IMG/VR virus record: IMGVR_UViG_3300031218_000007 | DNA: 33,703 bases | Reading direction: 5' to 3' (one strand) | Source: a virus | Part shown: positions 14,554-23,951 of the stretch, in pieces | How positions within the stretch are numbered: the stretch's first letter is position 1 | Layout of the letters: each line of letters starts with the position of its first letter | The notes under the pieces: generated by a model | The model's database searches: none | What the model saw: the letters and a program-made list of their open reading frames with translations, nothing else | Told to the model about the DNA's origin: nothing | Translations under genes and position numbers: made by a program

Positions 14554-15590
14554 TGGCAGAATCTTTTCAGTCGCAAGTAGTAGCATTTGACCAGTCACTC
14601 GGACTGGCACTGCTTGACAACGCCATCGACCTTACAGCCGGAACCATCAAAGGCGTAAGCCTTGCGACCGCAGGCGTTGAGGCCATCGGCCACGGCGAGT
14701 ATGACGAGACCACGCAAGAGCTGATACGCGAGTTCTGGACAGACGCTACCACGCTTGAGACGATGCTTGTTGCCTGCCTTGCAATCGGACAGCCGCTCAA
14801 AGCCAAGCTTGAACACGGCACCGGACTCTCCGAAGTCGTTGGCACGTTCGACAATTTCCGTATCGATGGCGATCACCTCCGCGCAGACTTTACAGCGATT
14901 CCAACCTCAGCGGGCGTAGCGCATTTGTTTTCGCTAGCCGACCGCATCTCTAGGCAGTTCGGCGTATCCGTCACAGCACTACTGCAAAAAGTAAAACAGG
15001 GCGGGGTCGATCTAATGCGCTGCATGAAGATAGAGTCGGCGGACTTTGTGGACGCGCCCGCAATCAACGCGGGCTTATTTTCCGCTAAAACTAAATTTAG
15101 CAAACTCACCAAAAACCAAACACAGATTATGACAGAAGAAGAAATCAACGCACTGATTGCCGAGGCATTAAAGCCCATGCAAGAGCAACTTACTACACTC
15201 GTGGAGGGTATGCCCGAAGAGCTATCAGCCGACGAACTCGAAGCTGAAGCGACCGCCGCTGCTGCACTTGAAGCTGAGGGTGAAGCAAGCAAAGCTGAAA
15301 TGTCTGCGCTTAAAGCCAGCATGACAGCACTGGAGACTAAAAACTCCACGCTCGAAGCTAACCTTGCTACGGCAACCGCCGAATCGAAAAAGCTCGGCAT
15401 CTCGTTCGGCGCATCCTTGCAAGTGCAGGAAGCACAGACCAAACAGACCGACTCGTTCTCCGCCGAAATGTCCAAAAAGACCGGCGAGGGCAAAGCTTAC
15501 CACGTCGCGCTTATGGAGCTTACACGTGAAAATCCAAAACTCGTAAATGCAGAGGCCGCTCAGCGCGGAGTCTACGTTTCTCAACTCTAA
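14553..15590 (+). CDS. Prohead protease / scaffold fusion (candidate)
   Basis: The N-terminal half carries HK97-type protease-like segments (LEHGTGLSEVVG, FGVSVTAL, ESADFVDAPAINA). The C-terminal half is an Ala/Glu-rich coiled coil. Sits between portal and capsid. Confidence 0.5.
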   Translation: MAESFQSQVVAFDQSLGLALLDNAIDLTAGTIKGVSLATAGVEAIGHGEYDETTQELIREFWTDATTLETMLVACLAIGQPLKAKLEHGTGLSEVVGTFDNFRIDGDHLRADFTAIPTSAGVAHLFSLADRISRQFGVSVTALLQKVKQGGVDLMRCMKIESADFVDAPAINAGLFSAKTKFSKLTKNQTQIMTEEEINALIAEALKPMQEQLTTLVEGMPEELSADELEAEATAAAALEAEGEASKAEMSALKASMTALETKNSTLEANLATATAESKKLGISFGASLQVQEAQTKQTDSFSAEMSKKTGEGKAYHVALMELTRENPKLVNAEAAQRGVYVSQL

Positions 15591-15610
15591 TCCACAAACA
15601 GTAAAACATT

Positions 15611-15997
15611 ATGGCAGGATCAACTACAGTTTTTAACGTCGCCGGGGTCGTAACAGGTCTAGCGGACGCAGACCTCGCGCAATTCATTCGCGTGAAAATC
15701 ACAGCAACCGGTTACGCAGTAGCCGCCAAAGCTGACCGTGCAGACGGCATCACTCAAGAGGCGATTGCATCTGGTGCTTACGGCTCCATCAAACTTCTTA
15801 GCGGGGCCGACGTGAACTTCGGCACCGCTTCGGGCGCAACCATCGCAGCAGGCGTTAAAGTCTACAGCACGTCTGCTGGCGAGCTTTCCTCGACTAAGGC
15901 AACCGGCTCTTTTGAAGAGGGCGTATCGATCACAGCCGCAGGCGCTGACGAAATCTTCGAGTGGCGCTACAAGCCTTCATCCGTTGCCGAGTCCTAA
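15611..15997 (+). CDS. Head decoration protein (candidate)
   Basis: 128 aa, Gly/Ala/Ser-rich, immediately upstream of the capsid gene (the gpD / DUF2190-type position). Confidence 0.45.
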   Translation: MAGSTTVFNVAGVVTGLADADLAQFIRVKITATGYAVAAKADRADGITQEAIASGAYGSIKLLSGADVNFGTASGATIAAGVKVYSTSAGELSSTKATGSFEEGVSITAAGADEIFEWRYKPSSVAES

Positions 15998-16004
15998 GCT
16001 CTGC

Positions 16005-16024
16005 GTATCCAATAACCAACTACA
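16005..16024 (+). promoter_or_regulatory. GTATCCA-N9-TACA motif
   Basis: GTATCCAataaccaacTACA, ending 10 nt before the ATG at 16034. Confidence 0.55.
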
Positions 16025-16033
16025 TTTAATATT

Positions 16034-16990
16034 ATGTCAGTCTCACAAGCATCAATCTCACAAGCCTTGACGTCCTACGTTCTACAAGGTCTCGCAAAAC
16101 GAACCGACTTTGTCGGCCTCGAAGTTGCTCCCGAACACGGGCAAGATAAACTCGACGGCGAGTATCCAGTCGTTGCACTCGCAAACGGCGAAATGCTTCG
16201 CAACAACACCGCACCGCGAGCACCGGGTGCCCTGTTTAAGCGGATCGAAGCAAAGATCGGACTTGAGACAACTAAGCTGTCTGGCGACGGTTTGGAAATC
16301 CCAATCCCTATCGAAGTCGCTCGCAACTCGGACATCCCAATCATCGGGGTGTACGCCGAGGAAGCCATGCTCAACAGCATGCGCTTGCACGAGACCCGCG
16401 TAGCCGCAATCTCTCAAGGAACCGGCTTTGACACGGTAGCCTCTACCGCTGCCTACACTACTGCGAACATCGCGACGAGTGATCTGGCTATGGACATCCA
16501 ACTCGGCATTGACCGCGTGCGTGACCGTGGCGAGTATCCTGACACGATTGTCATCCCGCAAGCCGTTTGGACGCGTCAGCGCTTCTCGACTAAGCTCGCC
16601 GCGTTCATCGTTGGCGCAAATGGTGCAGGCGCAATGGTCACAGTCTCAAATCTGCAAAAGGCATTTGCCGATGAAGGCATCAAGCGCGTCTTGATTGGCC
16701 GCTCGCAGATCAACACTGCCGCAAAGGGCAAGGTGGACATCGGTCAGATTTGGGCAAACACTCACATCTGGATCGGCGCAGGCCGCGACGCCGACACCAA
16801 TGCACCTGGCGACTCGATGCGCACCGCGATCAAGACCTTCTTCTGGCGTGAGATCTTTAACGCGCCGTTCTTCGTTGAGCAGTATTTCGAGAAGAAGATC
16901 GAAAGCGACATCATCCGCGCTTGGGGCTACACCAACGAGAAGCTAGTCAACGCCCGCGCTGGCACCCGCATCACCACGCAATACTCATAA
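16034..16990 (+). CDS. Major capsid protein (candidate, by position and size)
   Basis: 318 aa, the last gene of the head module, followed by a strong terminator. This matches the lambda gpE position. Confidence 0.65.
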   Translation: MSVSQASISQALTSYVLQGLAKRTDFVGLEVAPEHGQDKLDGEYPVVALANGEMLRNNTAPRAPGALFKRIEAKIGLETTKLSGDGLEIPIPIEVARNSDIPIIGVYAEEAMLNSMRLHETRVAAISQGTGFDTVASTAAYTTANIATSDLAMDIQLGIDRVRDRGEYPDTIVIPQAVWTRQRFSTKLAAFIVGANGAGAMVTVSNLQKAFADEGIKRVLIGRSQINTAAKGKVDIGQIWANTHIWIGAGRDADTNAPGDSMRTAIKTFFWREIFNAPFFVEQYFEKKIESDIIRAWGYTNEKLVNARAGTRITTQYS

Positions 16991-17020
16991 GTTTTCATTA
17001 GGGGTAATGATATAGCGGAA

Positions 17021-17049
17021 GGGGCGTCTCGAAAGGGGCGCCCCTTTTT
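17021..17049 (+). terminator. Rho-independent terminator
   Basis: GGGGCG ... CGCCCC stem followed by TTTTT. Confidence 0.7.
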
Positions 17050-17062
17050 GTGTCTACAGGCC

Positions 17063-17077
17063 TTGACAACCTGCACA
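17063..17077 (+). promoter_or_regulatory. TTGACA..CCTGCACA promoter motif
   Basis: TTGACAaCCTGCACA with CAATGT 16 nt downstream. Confidence 0.55.
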
Positions 17078-17210
17078 CGCGCAGCAATGTCGAGCTGTAG
17101 CAATTCCGCTGCACACACCAGCACCGACGCAAGAGCAATCCGAGCCGCTATCATGCGTGCTCGCAGCTACCGAGGAACCATCCCGCCGACAACACCTAAC
17201 CCGCACAGCC

Positions 17211-17396
17211 ATGAATCCGATCATCACGATAATCGCCGCCAACATCGTCTCAATCATCTGCACCATCGGAGCCGTGACGCTCGCCCTAAACGGCATCGAA
17301 AGCTGGGTATGGTTCCTGGCCGCGGCTGCGTGGTGCGCAACGCGGGTTGACTTCCGCCGATACCGAGAGGCCAAGCGCAACCGTCCTAACCTGTAA
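17211..17396 (+). CDS. Small two-TM membrane protein (insert cassette)
   Basis: MNPIITIIAANIVSIICTIGAVTLALNG..WVWFLAAAAWCA gives two hydrophobic spans plus a basic tail. It has its own promoter and lies between two terminators. Confidence 0.55.
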   Translation: MNPIITIIAANIVSIICTIGAVTLALNGIESWVWFLAAAAWCATRVDFRRYREAKRNRPNL

Positions 17397-17575
17397 CGCC
17401 GACCTACCACCTAATCTTACAGCTAGCGTTCTGCGGTTTCGGCCTAGTCGCCGCCTGCGTATTTTCCTACGGCTGTTTTCTGCTGGCGGAATCCATCGGC
17501 AGCATTTACCGGATTGCTAAGGATCGATTTCGGCGATAACACCTAGCTAGTAAACTCGTTTCCCTAGCGACTCCA

Positions 17576-17603
17576 CAGCCCCGCAGCAATGCGGGGCTGT
17601 TTT
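17576..17603 (+). terminator. Rho-independent terminator
   Basis: CAGCCCCGC / GCGGGGCTG 9-bp stem with a 6-nt loop, then TTTT. Confidence 0.75.
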
Positions 17604-17617
17604 GTGCACACAAACAC

Positions 17618-17632
17618 TTGACAACCTGCACA
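17618..17632 (+). promoter_or_regulatory. TTGACA..CCTGCACA promoter motif (predicts a leaderless transcript)
   Basis: TTGACAaCCTGCACA, CACTAT 16 nt downstream, then 7 nt to the ATG at 17653. Confidence 0.55.
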
Positions 17633-17652
17633 CACAACGCACTATCTACCCC

Positions 17653-18366
17653 ATGACACACGCCCCCCAACTCGCTACAGACTACTACGGCCAACCGATC
17701 AAAGGCTGGCTGCTTTCCGAAAAGCTGGACGGCATCTACGCAGATTGGACAGGATCAGAGCTTCGCACGAAGACAGGCAAGCTCATCCTATGCCCTACGA
17801 GCATCACAGACAGCCTTCCAGCGTTTCCCTTAGCGGGCGAGCTATGGGCGGGGCGCGGAGGGTTTCAGCGCGTTCTATCCGCCCTCAAATCTGGCATCTC
17901 TGGCGACTGGGCAAGTATTGAGTTTGTGGCATTTGACGCGCCCGGCTCACTTGCCCGCGCATCAACTCGGATGGAGATAACACAAAGCATCCCTAGCGTT
18001 AAAGCGGTATCCCAAACCGTAATTACCGACAAGCGCCACATGAAGCGCCTAGTCAAAGAGATACTAGCCACCGGCGGAGAGGGCGCAATCCTGCGCAATC
18101 CAGCATCACTATACACCGCTGGCAGGTCTGACGACTACGCCAAGGTCAAGCCCGTGCTATGCGACGAGGCGACCTATACGGGCAAGACAGTGACCACAGC
18201 GACGGGAAAAACTTCATTAATCTGCGAGTATCAAGGTGAGACCTTTAAACTCCACACCAACACGCCAGCAACTAAAGGCCAGCTAGTCACGTTTGAATAT
18301 TACGGACTGACAGACAGTGGCAAACCTCGGCACGCTCAGTTTATTGCAATCAGAGACTACGAGTAA
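17653..18366 (+). CDS. lig: ATP-dependent DNA ligase (minimal, ~237 aa)
   Basis: Motif I SEKLDG (KxDG), GELW, FVAFD, EGAILRNP and YAKVKP: the nucleotidyltransferase motifs I, III, IIIa, IV and V in order. Confidence 0.85.
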   Translation: MTHAPQLATDYYGQPIKGWLLSEKLDGIYADWTGSELRTKTGKLILCPTSITDSLPAFPLAGELWAGRGGFQRVLSALKSGISGDWASIEFVAFDAPGSLARASTRMEITQSIPSVKAVSQTVITDKRHMKRLVKEILATGGEGAILRNPASLYTAGRSDDYAKVKPVLCDEATYTGKTVTTATGKTSLICEYQGETFKLHTNTPATKGQLVTFEYYGLTDSGKPRHAQFIAIRDYE

Positions 18367-18374
18367 AATCTAGC

Positions 18375-18409
18375 GCCTCACAGCCCCGAGTAAACTGCGA
18401 GGCTTTTTT
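18375..18409 (+). terminator. Rho-independent terminator
   Basis: GCCTCACAG / CTGCGAGGC stem (one mismatch) followed by TTTTTT. Confidence 0.65.
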
Positions 18410-18429
18410 GCGCCTTGCCATTTACATCT

Positions 18430-18449
18430 GTATCCATTAACTGAATACA
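18430..18449 (+). promoter_or_regulatory. GTATCCA-N9-TACA motif
   Basis: GTATCCAttaactgaaTACA, ending 2 nt before the ATG at 18451. Confidence 0.55.
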
Positions 18450-18450
18450 A

Positions 18451-18780
18451 ATGAACGCACTAGACATCTTCATAGAGCGCGGTAATACGCAGTCTGCGCC
18501 CGTCATAGGCGAGACCTTTACGTGGGCATCAGCCGAATACGTTGGCACCGTCAGTGACCTCGTAAAGGATGAGTTCTTTGCTGACGACGGCATCGGATCA
18601 AAGCTCAATGCAGAGCGGTTACTTGAATGCGCCGTGTCGGTATTTGGTGGCGGTGGGATGCCGCAGATCAAGGATACGATTACTTACCTTGCGGTCATCT
18701 ACCAGATTACGGAAATCGAGTCACAGGACACCACGAATATCGTGTGGAAGATCCGCGAAAAGATGGGGGTCGCTACATAA
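18451..18780 (+). CDS. Head-tail connector/adaptor candidate
   Basis: 109 aa, the first gene after the head module. Call is by position only. Confidence 0.45.
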   Translation: MNALDIFIERGNTQSAPVIGETFTWASAEYVGTVSDLVKDEFFADDGIGSKLNAERLLECAVSVFGGGGMPQIKDTITYLAVIYQITEIESQDTTNIVWKIREKMGVAT

Positions 18781-19442
18781 TGGCAAAGCCAGTAAAAGAT
18801 TTCTCGGTCGAGTTTGACCAAGTGCAGATAAACAAGCTCTTCAACGAGCTACTGCGCAACGTGAGCGCGGTCACGCTCAAAAACATCGTGCGCGGAGAAG
18901 CGGCAGCGGTGCTACTTAGCGCGGCGAAAAAGACTCGGATTGCTAGCAAGAAACTCATAATCAAAACCTCGGGAATGGAGAAGGCGGCAAGGGTTTACAA
19001 AAATCGCAATCCTAGATGGATCACTAGATCTGCGGAGCTACTAGCAAAACGAAAAGCCCGGCTAGCCGAAAAACTGCGAAGGATCGGGAGTGCTCGTGAC
19101 GCATGGCTGGCGATTATCCGCAAACTCAACCTCAAACCCGCGAACGCCAACCAGGCCAAAGGTCTAACGAAACTCATGGGCAAAAAACGCCCACTAGTAG
19201 ACGGTAAAATAATCTATCATAAAGAGACGGGTGGCCGTGAGATCGTTAGGGGCAAGGGTTCTTACGCGCTAGAGATCAAATACGGAAACCCTATTGGAAG
19301 ATGGACAGGCGCAAGCCCTGCGCTAAAAAGCGCCGTCCTCGGCCGCAGGAAGTTCTTTCGCTCAAACCTCCGCGCAGGCGTGTTCAACTCTGCCAAGGAA
19401 ACCGCCGCTAAGTATCCCGGCATCCAGATCAACAAACTGTAA
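18780..19442 (+). CDS. Structural protein, function unknown
   Basis: ATG at 18780 with a TAATG overlap. 220 aa, basic. Confidence 0.5.
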   Translation: MAKPVKDFSVEFDQVQINKLFNELLRNVSAVTLKNIVRGEAAAVLLSAAKKTRIASKKLIIKTSGMEKAARVYKNRNPRWITRSAELLAKRKARLAEKLRRIGSARDAWLAIIRKLNLKPANANQAKGLTKLMGKKRPLVDGKIIYHKETGGREIVRGKGSYALEIKYGNPIGRWTGASPALKSAVLGRRKFFRSNLRAGVFNSAKETAAKYPGIQINKL

Positions 19443-19972
19443 TGGCAAACGAAAACTCAGTCTACTCATACGAGACCAACTTCATCGCCGCGCTGGAAAG
19501 CATCCTAGACGTTGCACTGACGCAGACCGTCGCGTTTGGCGACACTACGGCGCACCAGGCGCCGCGCATCGAGGTTGGCTTTACCTACGGCGGCGCAGGC
19601 ATCATTGACCGTGGGCGCACCGCCACAGGCGAGCAGTATCTACGCAAGCACAATGGCACGATCAACCTGACGGTATTCGGCACGGTCAAGTCCGATCACC
19701 TCGCGCTCGTTGGAAAGGTGCGCACGTTTATGGCGTGGAACGTCCCGACGCTGATTTCGCCCGCGCTGGCTTACTACCAAGTGCAGAGCCTGTTTGAGCA
19801 GGCGGGCAGCAACGAGGCAGGCGATGAGGAGGGCGACTTTGAGATCAGCTCGGAACTTAACTTTGACGTCGTGTTTTTTATTCCTACCGAGGCATTCGAC
19901 GCATCAAACATTATCAAATTCAGCCAAACAGCAATCTACTTTGGCACCGATCAACTATTTTACGGAGACTAA
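19442..19972 (+). CDS. Neck/tail-completion candidate
   Basis: TAATG-coupled, 176 aa. Call is by position only. Confidence 0.45.
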   Translation: MANENSVYSYETNFIAALESILDVALTQTVAFGDTTAHQAPRIEVGFTYGGAGIIDRGRTATGEQYLRKHNGTINLTVFGTVKSDHLALVGKVRTFMAWNVPTLISPALAYYQVQSLFEQAGSNEAGDEEGDFEISSELNFDVVFFIPTEAFDASNIIKFSQTAIYFGTDQLFYGD

Positions 19973-19977
19973 ATATC

Positions 19978-21063
19978 ATGAGCAACAACAACCTAGAAAA
20001 CGGCAACAGCAACGAAATCGACGCAACGCGCCGCGCAAGCATCCGCGCCACGATGGAAGTTTACAGCCAAGACGAAACGGACGCTCGGCCTACGCTTATC
20101 GGCAACACGATATTCGTCGCCAAGACTGGCACCGACACCCGCACCGGACTCGACGACCACGACATCCGTAAGCCGTTTCTGACAGTCAACGCAGCGCAGG
20201 CAGTGGCGGTGAGCGGCGACACGATCATGGTCTTTGCTGGCGACTACAGCGCAGAGACCGCGCTCGGCGGCGTGGATGGCGTAGCTTACGTCGGGCAGCT
20301 CGGCGCGACGTTGCCAGCGTTTAACGTGACTACGGGTATTACCATTTACGGCAGCGGATTGGCGCAGTCGCTCACTTGCAATCATGCCAGCGCGGTCATG
20401 AATTTTGCGCGGATGGATACTGTAACATTTATTTTTTGCATCCTCGGTATTCAAACCGCAGGGAACGCAGGCACTATCATTGCGAGCGAGGGCGGTATTC
20501 AAACCGCAGGAAACGCAGGCACTGCCATTGGGTGTGATGGCGGTATTCAAACCGTAGGGAACGCAGGCACTTACATCGCGTGCGGAGACGGTATTCAAAC
20601 CGCAGGGAACGCAGGCACTTACATTGAGTGCGAGAGCGGCGTGCAGACCGTCACTCACGCAAACTTCACCTCAACAGACCGCCCCGTAAGATTGTCAGGA
20701 TCAGGCAGCCTCACCATCACAGGCCGCGTCGAGTCCACCGAGTCAAACGGCGTGATCGTGGACATCTCAAACAACTGGAGCGGCACACTCAACGCCGTTG
20801 ACCTCGACCTCACAGCGACAACCGTCGCCACCAACGGCGCAACCAAGGGCATCAACTACGGCACCGGCGTCACGGGCAATGTGCAGCTCAAGAACTGCAC
20901 TATCATCACGGCCAAGAACGGCACAGGCACCGCCAAGAGCATCGACGCGCCCGCCGCGCAAGCCGTCTACGTTCAGGGCTCGCTCAACCAAACACACGCG
21001 GTTGATTCCGACATCACGCTGGCGGGCGGCGCTGCTATCACCAACACGTCATTCACCGTGTAA
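19978..21063 (+). CDS. Pectin-lyase-fold (right-handed beta-helix) protein: fibre, spike or depolymerase candidate
   Basis: IFVAKTGTDTRTG..RKPFLTVNAAQAVAVSGDTIMVFAGDY is the typical beta-helix N-cap signature. Internal 16-aa coils read GIQTAGNAGTxIxxxx. Confidence 0.65.
   Translation: MSNNNLENGNSNEIDATRRASIRATMEVYSQDETDARPTLIGNTIFVAKTGTDTRTGLDDHDIRKPFLTVNAAQAVAVSGDTIMVFAGDYSAETALGGVDGVAYVGQLGATLPAFNVTTGITIYGSGLAQSLTCNHASAVMNFARMDTVTFIFCILGIQTAGNAGTIIASEGGIQTAGNAGTAIGCDGGIQTVGNAGTYIACGDGIQTAGNAGTYIECESGVQTVTHANFTSTDRPVRLSGSGSLTITGRVESTESNGVIVDISNNWSGTLNAVDLDLTATTVATNGATKGINYGTGVTGNVQLKNCTIITAKNGTGTAKSIDAPAAQAVYVQGSLNQTHAVDSDITLAGGAAITNTSFTV
20446..20637 (+). repeat. Four tandem 48-bp (16-codon) repeats plus a degenerate fifth
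   Basis: GGTATTCAAACCGCAGGGAACGCAGGCACT recurs at 20446, 20494, 20542 and 20590. The last ~18 bp of each unit differ. Confidence 0.9.
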
Positions 21064-21101
21064 ACTTTAGTCATTGCGATTTGCTCAAAACTTTGCAATG
21101 T

Positions 21102-21121
21102 GTATCCAGAATCCAACTACA
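21102..21121 (+). promoter_or_regulatory. GTATCCA-N9-TACA motif
   Basis: GTATCCAgaatccaacTACA, ending 25 nt before the ATG at 21146. Confidence 0.55.
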
Positions 21122-21145
21122 ACACAACCAAACCACTAAAACATT

Positions 21146-21520
21146 ATGACAACAGAATACGAAGACGGCGCACAATTACTTGACGCATTCGAGGCTCCAA
21201 TCGCTACGCAAGATTACATTTTTAACGATTGGAGCGTGACCCCCGCGACACTCATGGCGGAGCGCAACGACGAAAAAGGCCGTCTTGCCGCAAAGCGCAA
21301 CCTCGACGATCCCGGTCGTGATACTGCAACAGCAACGATTCAGATTTCAGTTTCGGCGATGAATCAGAAACTGACTCACGAAACGTTCATCTGCCCTGCC
21401 GGTGCGCACTACGACGGCAACGCTACAACTTACGTTATCGAATCTGAAACTGCACCAGTGACAGTCAACGAGTCCCGCATTCGCACGATCACCTGCCGTA
21501 GAATCCTCACCCAGCCTTAA
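21146..21520 (+). CDS. Tail protein (tube or chaperone candidate)
   Basis: 124 aa, two genes upstream of the tape measure. Confidence 0.45.
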   Translation: MTTEYEDGAQLLDAFEAPIATQDYIFNDWSVTPATLMAERNDEKGRLAAKRNLDDPGRDTATATIQISVSAMNQKLTHETFICPAGAHYDGNATTYVIESETAPVTVNESRIRTITCRRILTQP

Positions 21521-21522
21521 CC

Positions 21523-22152
21523 GTGCGCAACGTCAAGGCCAGCATCCCAGGATGGCTTGACGCGATCCAACATGAGGCCGAGTGTCACGAGTCGGCAATC
21601 GCACACCCTCACGATGGAGTCTGCGGCGTGCCTATTCGTCACCTCAGCTTGATTGACCTCGCTCGGATGCGCGAGCCGTCGATTGATAACTGCTTTTTTA
21701 ACGGCAATTATCCCAGCGAATTTGAGTTCATGGCGCTGCCTCAGCTACAGGCTCACGCCGTGGACTTTCTCGTTTATCAACACGTCAAGAGCACGACTAA
21801 CTCATTCGTCAACACGTGCCGCCGCTACAGATACCGCCGCCTAGACATGGCGACCGTATACGCCGATATTACGCAGCTCCTGACATCTACCTACCTTGAC
21901 GCGCTCGGAGCCTCTGACGAGTCGCACGGGCGCACGGCAATAAGCTTCTGGGCGGGATCAGTGGACTACGTTGACCTGATCGCGACAGAATACGGATGGA
22001 CTGACACGCACATCGAAAACATGCCCTACCGCAAGCTGATTCAATGTGTGCGCAAGATCCTAAAGCGGCGCGATCCAAAACAGATTATCAGCTCGTCGGC
22101 TGATCGCGTTGTATCGCGGTGGCAGGAGCATAAAGCAAAGGAGCGTAACTAA
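21523..22152 (+). CDS. Tail assembly protein candidate
   Basis: 209 aa with a GTG start, immediately upstream of and ATGA/TAATG-coupled to the tape measure. Confidence 0.4.
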   Translation: MRNVKASIPGWLDAIQHEAECHESAIAHPHDGVCGVPIRHLSLIDLARMREPSIDNCFFNGNYPSEFEFMALPQLQAHAVDFLVYQHVKSTTNSFVNTCRRYRYRRLDMATVYADITQLLTSTYLDALGASDESHGRTAISFWAGSVDYVDLIATEYGWTDTHIENMPYRKLIQCVRKILKRRDPKQIISSSADRVVSRWQEHKAKERN

Positions 22153-23951
22153 TGGCATTTTCACTTAAGGCAATTTTAGGGCTGGAAACTTCGCAGTTTG
22201 AGCGTGGCGTCGGCAGGGCTAAAGCAGGGATTAAAAAGCTCGGAGCCAGCGCGGGCGCACTTGCGAAAAAGTTCAGTAAGATAGGATTTACCGCAGTCGT
22301 CGCTGGGTTTGCATTGCTGACGAAAAACGCCATCGCGTTGGGTTCTGAGCTTTCTGACATTGCAATCTCTACGGGGTTTGCGACTGAAAAGTTTCAGGTA
22401 TTTCGGGGAGCTTTACTTGATGCGGGTGGAGAGGCTAAGAGCATGGAGAAGGCCATTCTAATTATGCAGAAGGCCGTAGTCCAAGGCTCCGAGGGGTTGA
22501 CTACATACATTCGCGCTTTTGAGCGGCTCGGACTCAACGTAGAAAACCTCAGAGCGATGAAGCCCGAGGAACAGTTTGAGACTATCGGCAAGGCTATTGC
22601 GGGCGCAGAGGATCAGCAAGGCGCCCTCACGGCAGCTATTGAAATCTTCGGCCAACGTAGCGCACCGCGACTAATCGAGGTATTTAAGCGATTGGATCAA
22701 GATGGCTACGGCAAAATGGCCAAAGATATTGAAGAGGCTTATGGCGTGATGGATGCGCAAACTCAGAAGGCCCTGGACAAAGCTTCTGACACGATTGAAC
22801 GGTTTAAGAATAAGTCTACGATCTACGTAGCTGACCTGATTAACGGTATTGGGCTAGAGGCAAAACTAAAGAAAATCGCACTTCAGTTGTCTCAATTCGT
22901 GGGCAACCTTACGGTTGAGCTTCTTACCATTGGGCCGAGTCTCATTCCGGATTCATGGTTTGACAAATGGAAAGATGGCATCAATGACGGTCACGCTACA
23001 TTGATAAAAGAGCAGGATGCCTTAATATCAAAAGCAAAACGACTAGCAGAAGAGAAGGAAAAAGCAGCAAAAGCCGCTGCGGATGCACAAAAGCCAGTCA
23101 TTGAAGCAATTGTTGAAACGACAGAATCAACCGAGGATCAAGAAAAAGCATTAAAAAAGTTAAATAAAGAACAGGAAGAGCAATATATAACTGAAAAAAA
23201 GTTAGAGGCCCTTCGTCTCCGTGCTGCCGGAGACAATAGTGCAGCCGACGCTTTAGATTTACACATACAAAACATTAAGGAATCAATCCGGATATCAGAA
23301 AAGTACAATATCACCATCGAAGAAGCTATAAGCTTGGTCAACGCCCTTAATAAAGCTTCAGAAAAAAAACCAGAAGACGATGGAGGCGAATTAGAACGGC
23401 AAAAAAAGATAACGGAAATGAAGCTTGCCGCACTCAAAGCGGAGACGCGAGGGGAAGACGCATTGGCCGAGGCACTGAGAAACCGCATAAAACTAGCCGA
23501 GCGAATCCTCGAAATCATGCAAGAAACTGGCGCGACCCAGCGCGAGGCTACCATCATAGCTAACAAACAGGTCAAGGCTGAGTTGGCGGGGGATAGCGGA
23601 TCAACAGGCGGCGGCGATGGTGGCGGATCAACAGGCGGATCAACTGGCGGCACCAACACGGGCAAGCCATCCATCGGCAAAGACCGCGTTGGCGGCGTGC
23701 AGGGCAACTTCGGCGGCTATGGCTCCCGCTTTGGGCCTAAGCAGACAATGGACGAGCGCGAACGTGCAGCCGGTCTCAACCTCGCCGGCAACGACACTTT
23801 AAGCGGGCGCAGAGGCCCCGAAAGCCTCGGAACGGCTGGATCAAAGGCTAAGAGCGAGTTTGGGGAAGCATTGACTCCGACGAATAAGGAGCTGAGTGAA
23901 ATGAATCGCTCGCTGAAAACAATCGAAACCGAACTGACCAATGGCAACTGA
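22152..23951 (+). CDS. Tail tape measure protein
   Basis: 599 aa. The N-terminal region (GSELSDIAISTGFATEKF..AILIMQKAVVQGSEG..AIEIFGQRSAPRL) fits the tape-measure core. It also has a long coiled coil and a Gly-rich C-terminal part. Confidence 0.8.
   Translation: MAFSLKAILGLETSQFERGVGRAKAGIKKLGASAGALAKKFSKIGFTAVVAGFALLTKNAIALGSELSDIAISTGFATEKFQVFRGALLDAGGEAKSMEKAILIMQKAVVQGSEGLTTYIRAFERLGLNVENLRAMKPEEQFETIGKAIAGAEDQQGALTAAIEIFGQRSAPRLIEVFKRLDQDGYGKMAKDIEEAYGVMDAQTQKALDKASDTIERFKNKSTIYVADLINGIGLEAKLKKIALQLSQFVGNLTVELLTIGPSLIPDSWFDKWKDGINDGHATLIKEQDALISKAKRLAEEKEKAAKAAADAQKPVIEAIVETTESTEDQEKALKKLNKEQEEQYITEKKLEALRLRAAGDNSAADALDLHIQNIKESIRISEKYNITIEEAISLVNALNKASEKKPEDDGGELERQKKITEMKLAALKAETRGEDALAEALRNRIKLAERILEIMQETGATQREATIIANKQVKAELAGDSGSTGGGDGGGSTGGSTGGTNTGKPSIGKDRVGGVQGNFGGYGSRFGPKQTMDERERAAGLNLAGNDTLSGRRGPESLGTAGSKAKSEFGEALTPTNKELSEMNRSLKTIETELTNGN

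Noticed and set aside
17397-17575. A hydrophobic peptide frame (LAFCGFGLVAACVFSYGCFLLAESIG...) downstream of the 61-aa membrane gene
   Set aside because: The frame has no ATG, GTG or TTG start before the hydrophobic stretch. It is treated as an untranslated 3' region of unknown role.
21499-21523. Programmed -1 frameshift joining the 124-aa and 209-aa tail genes (gpG/gpGT-like)
   Set aside because: The downstream ORF is in the -1 frame, but that frame is only open from 21502. The 18-nt overlap window (AGA ATC CTC ACC CAG CCT TAA) contains no X XXY YYZ slippery heptamer.
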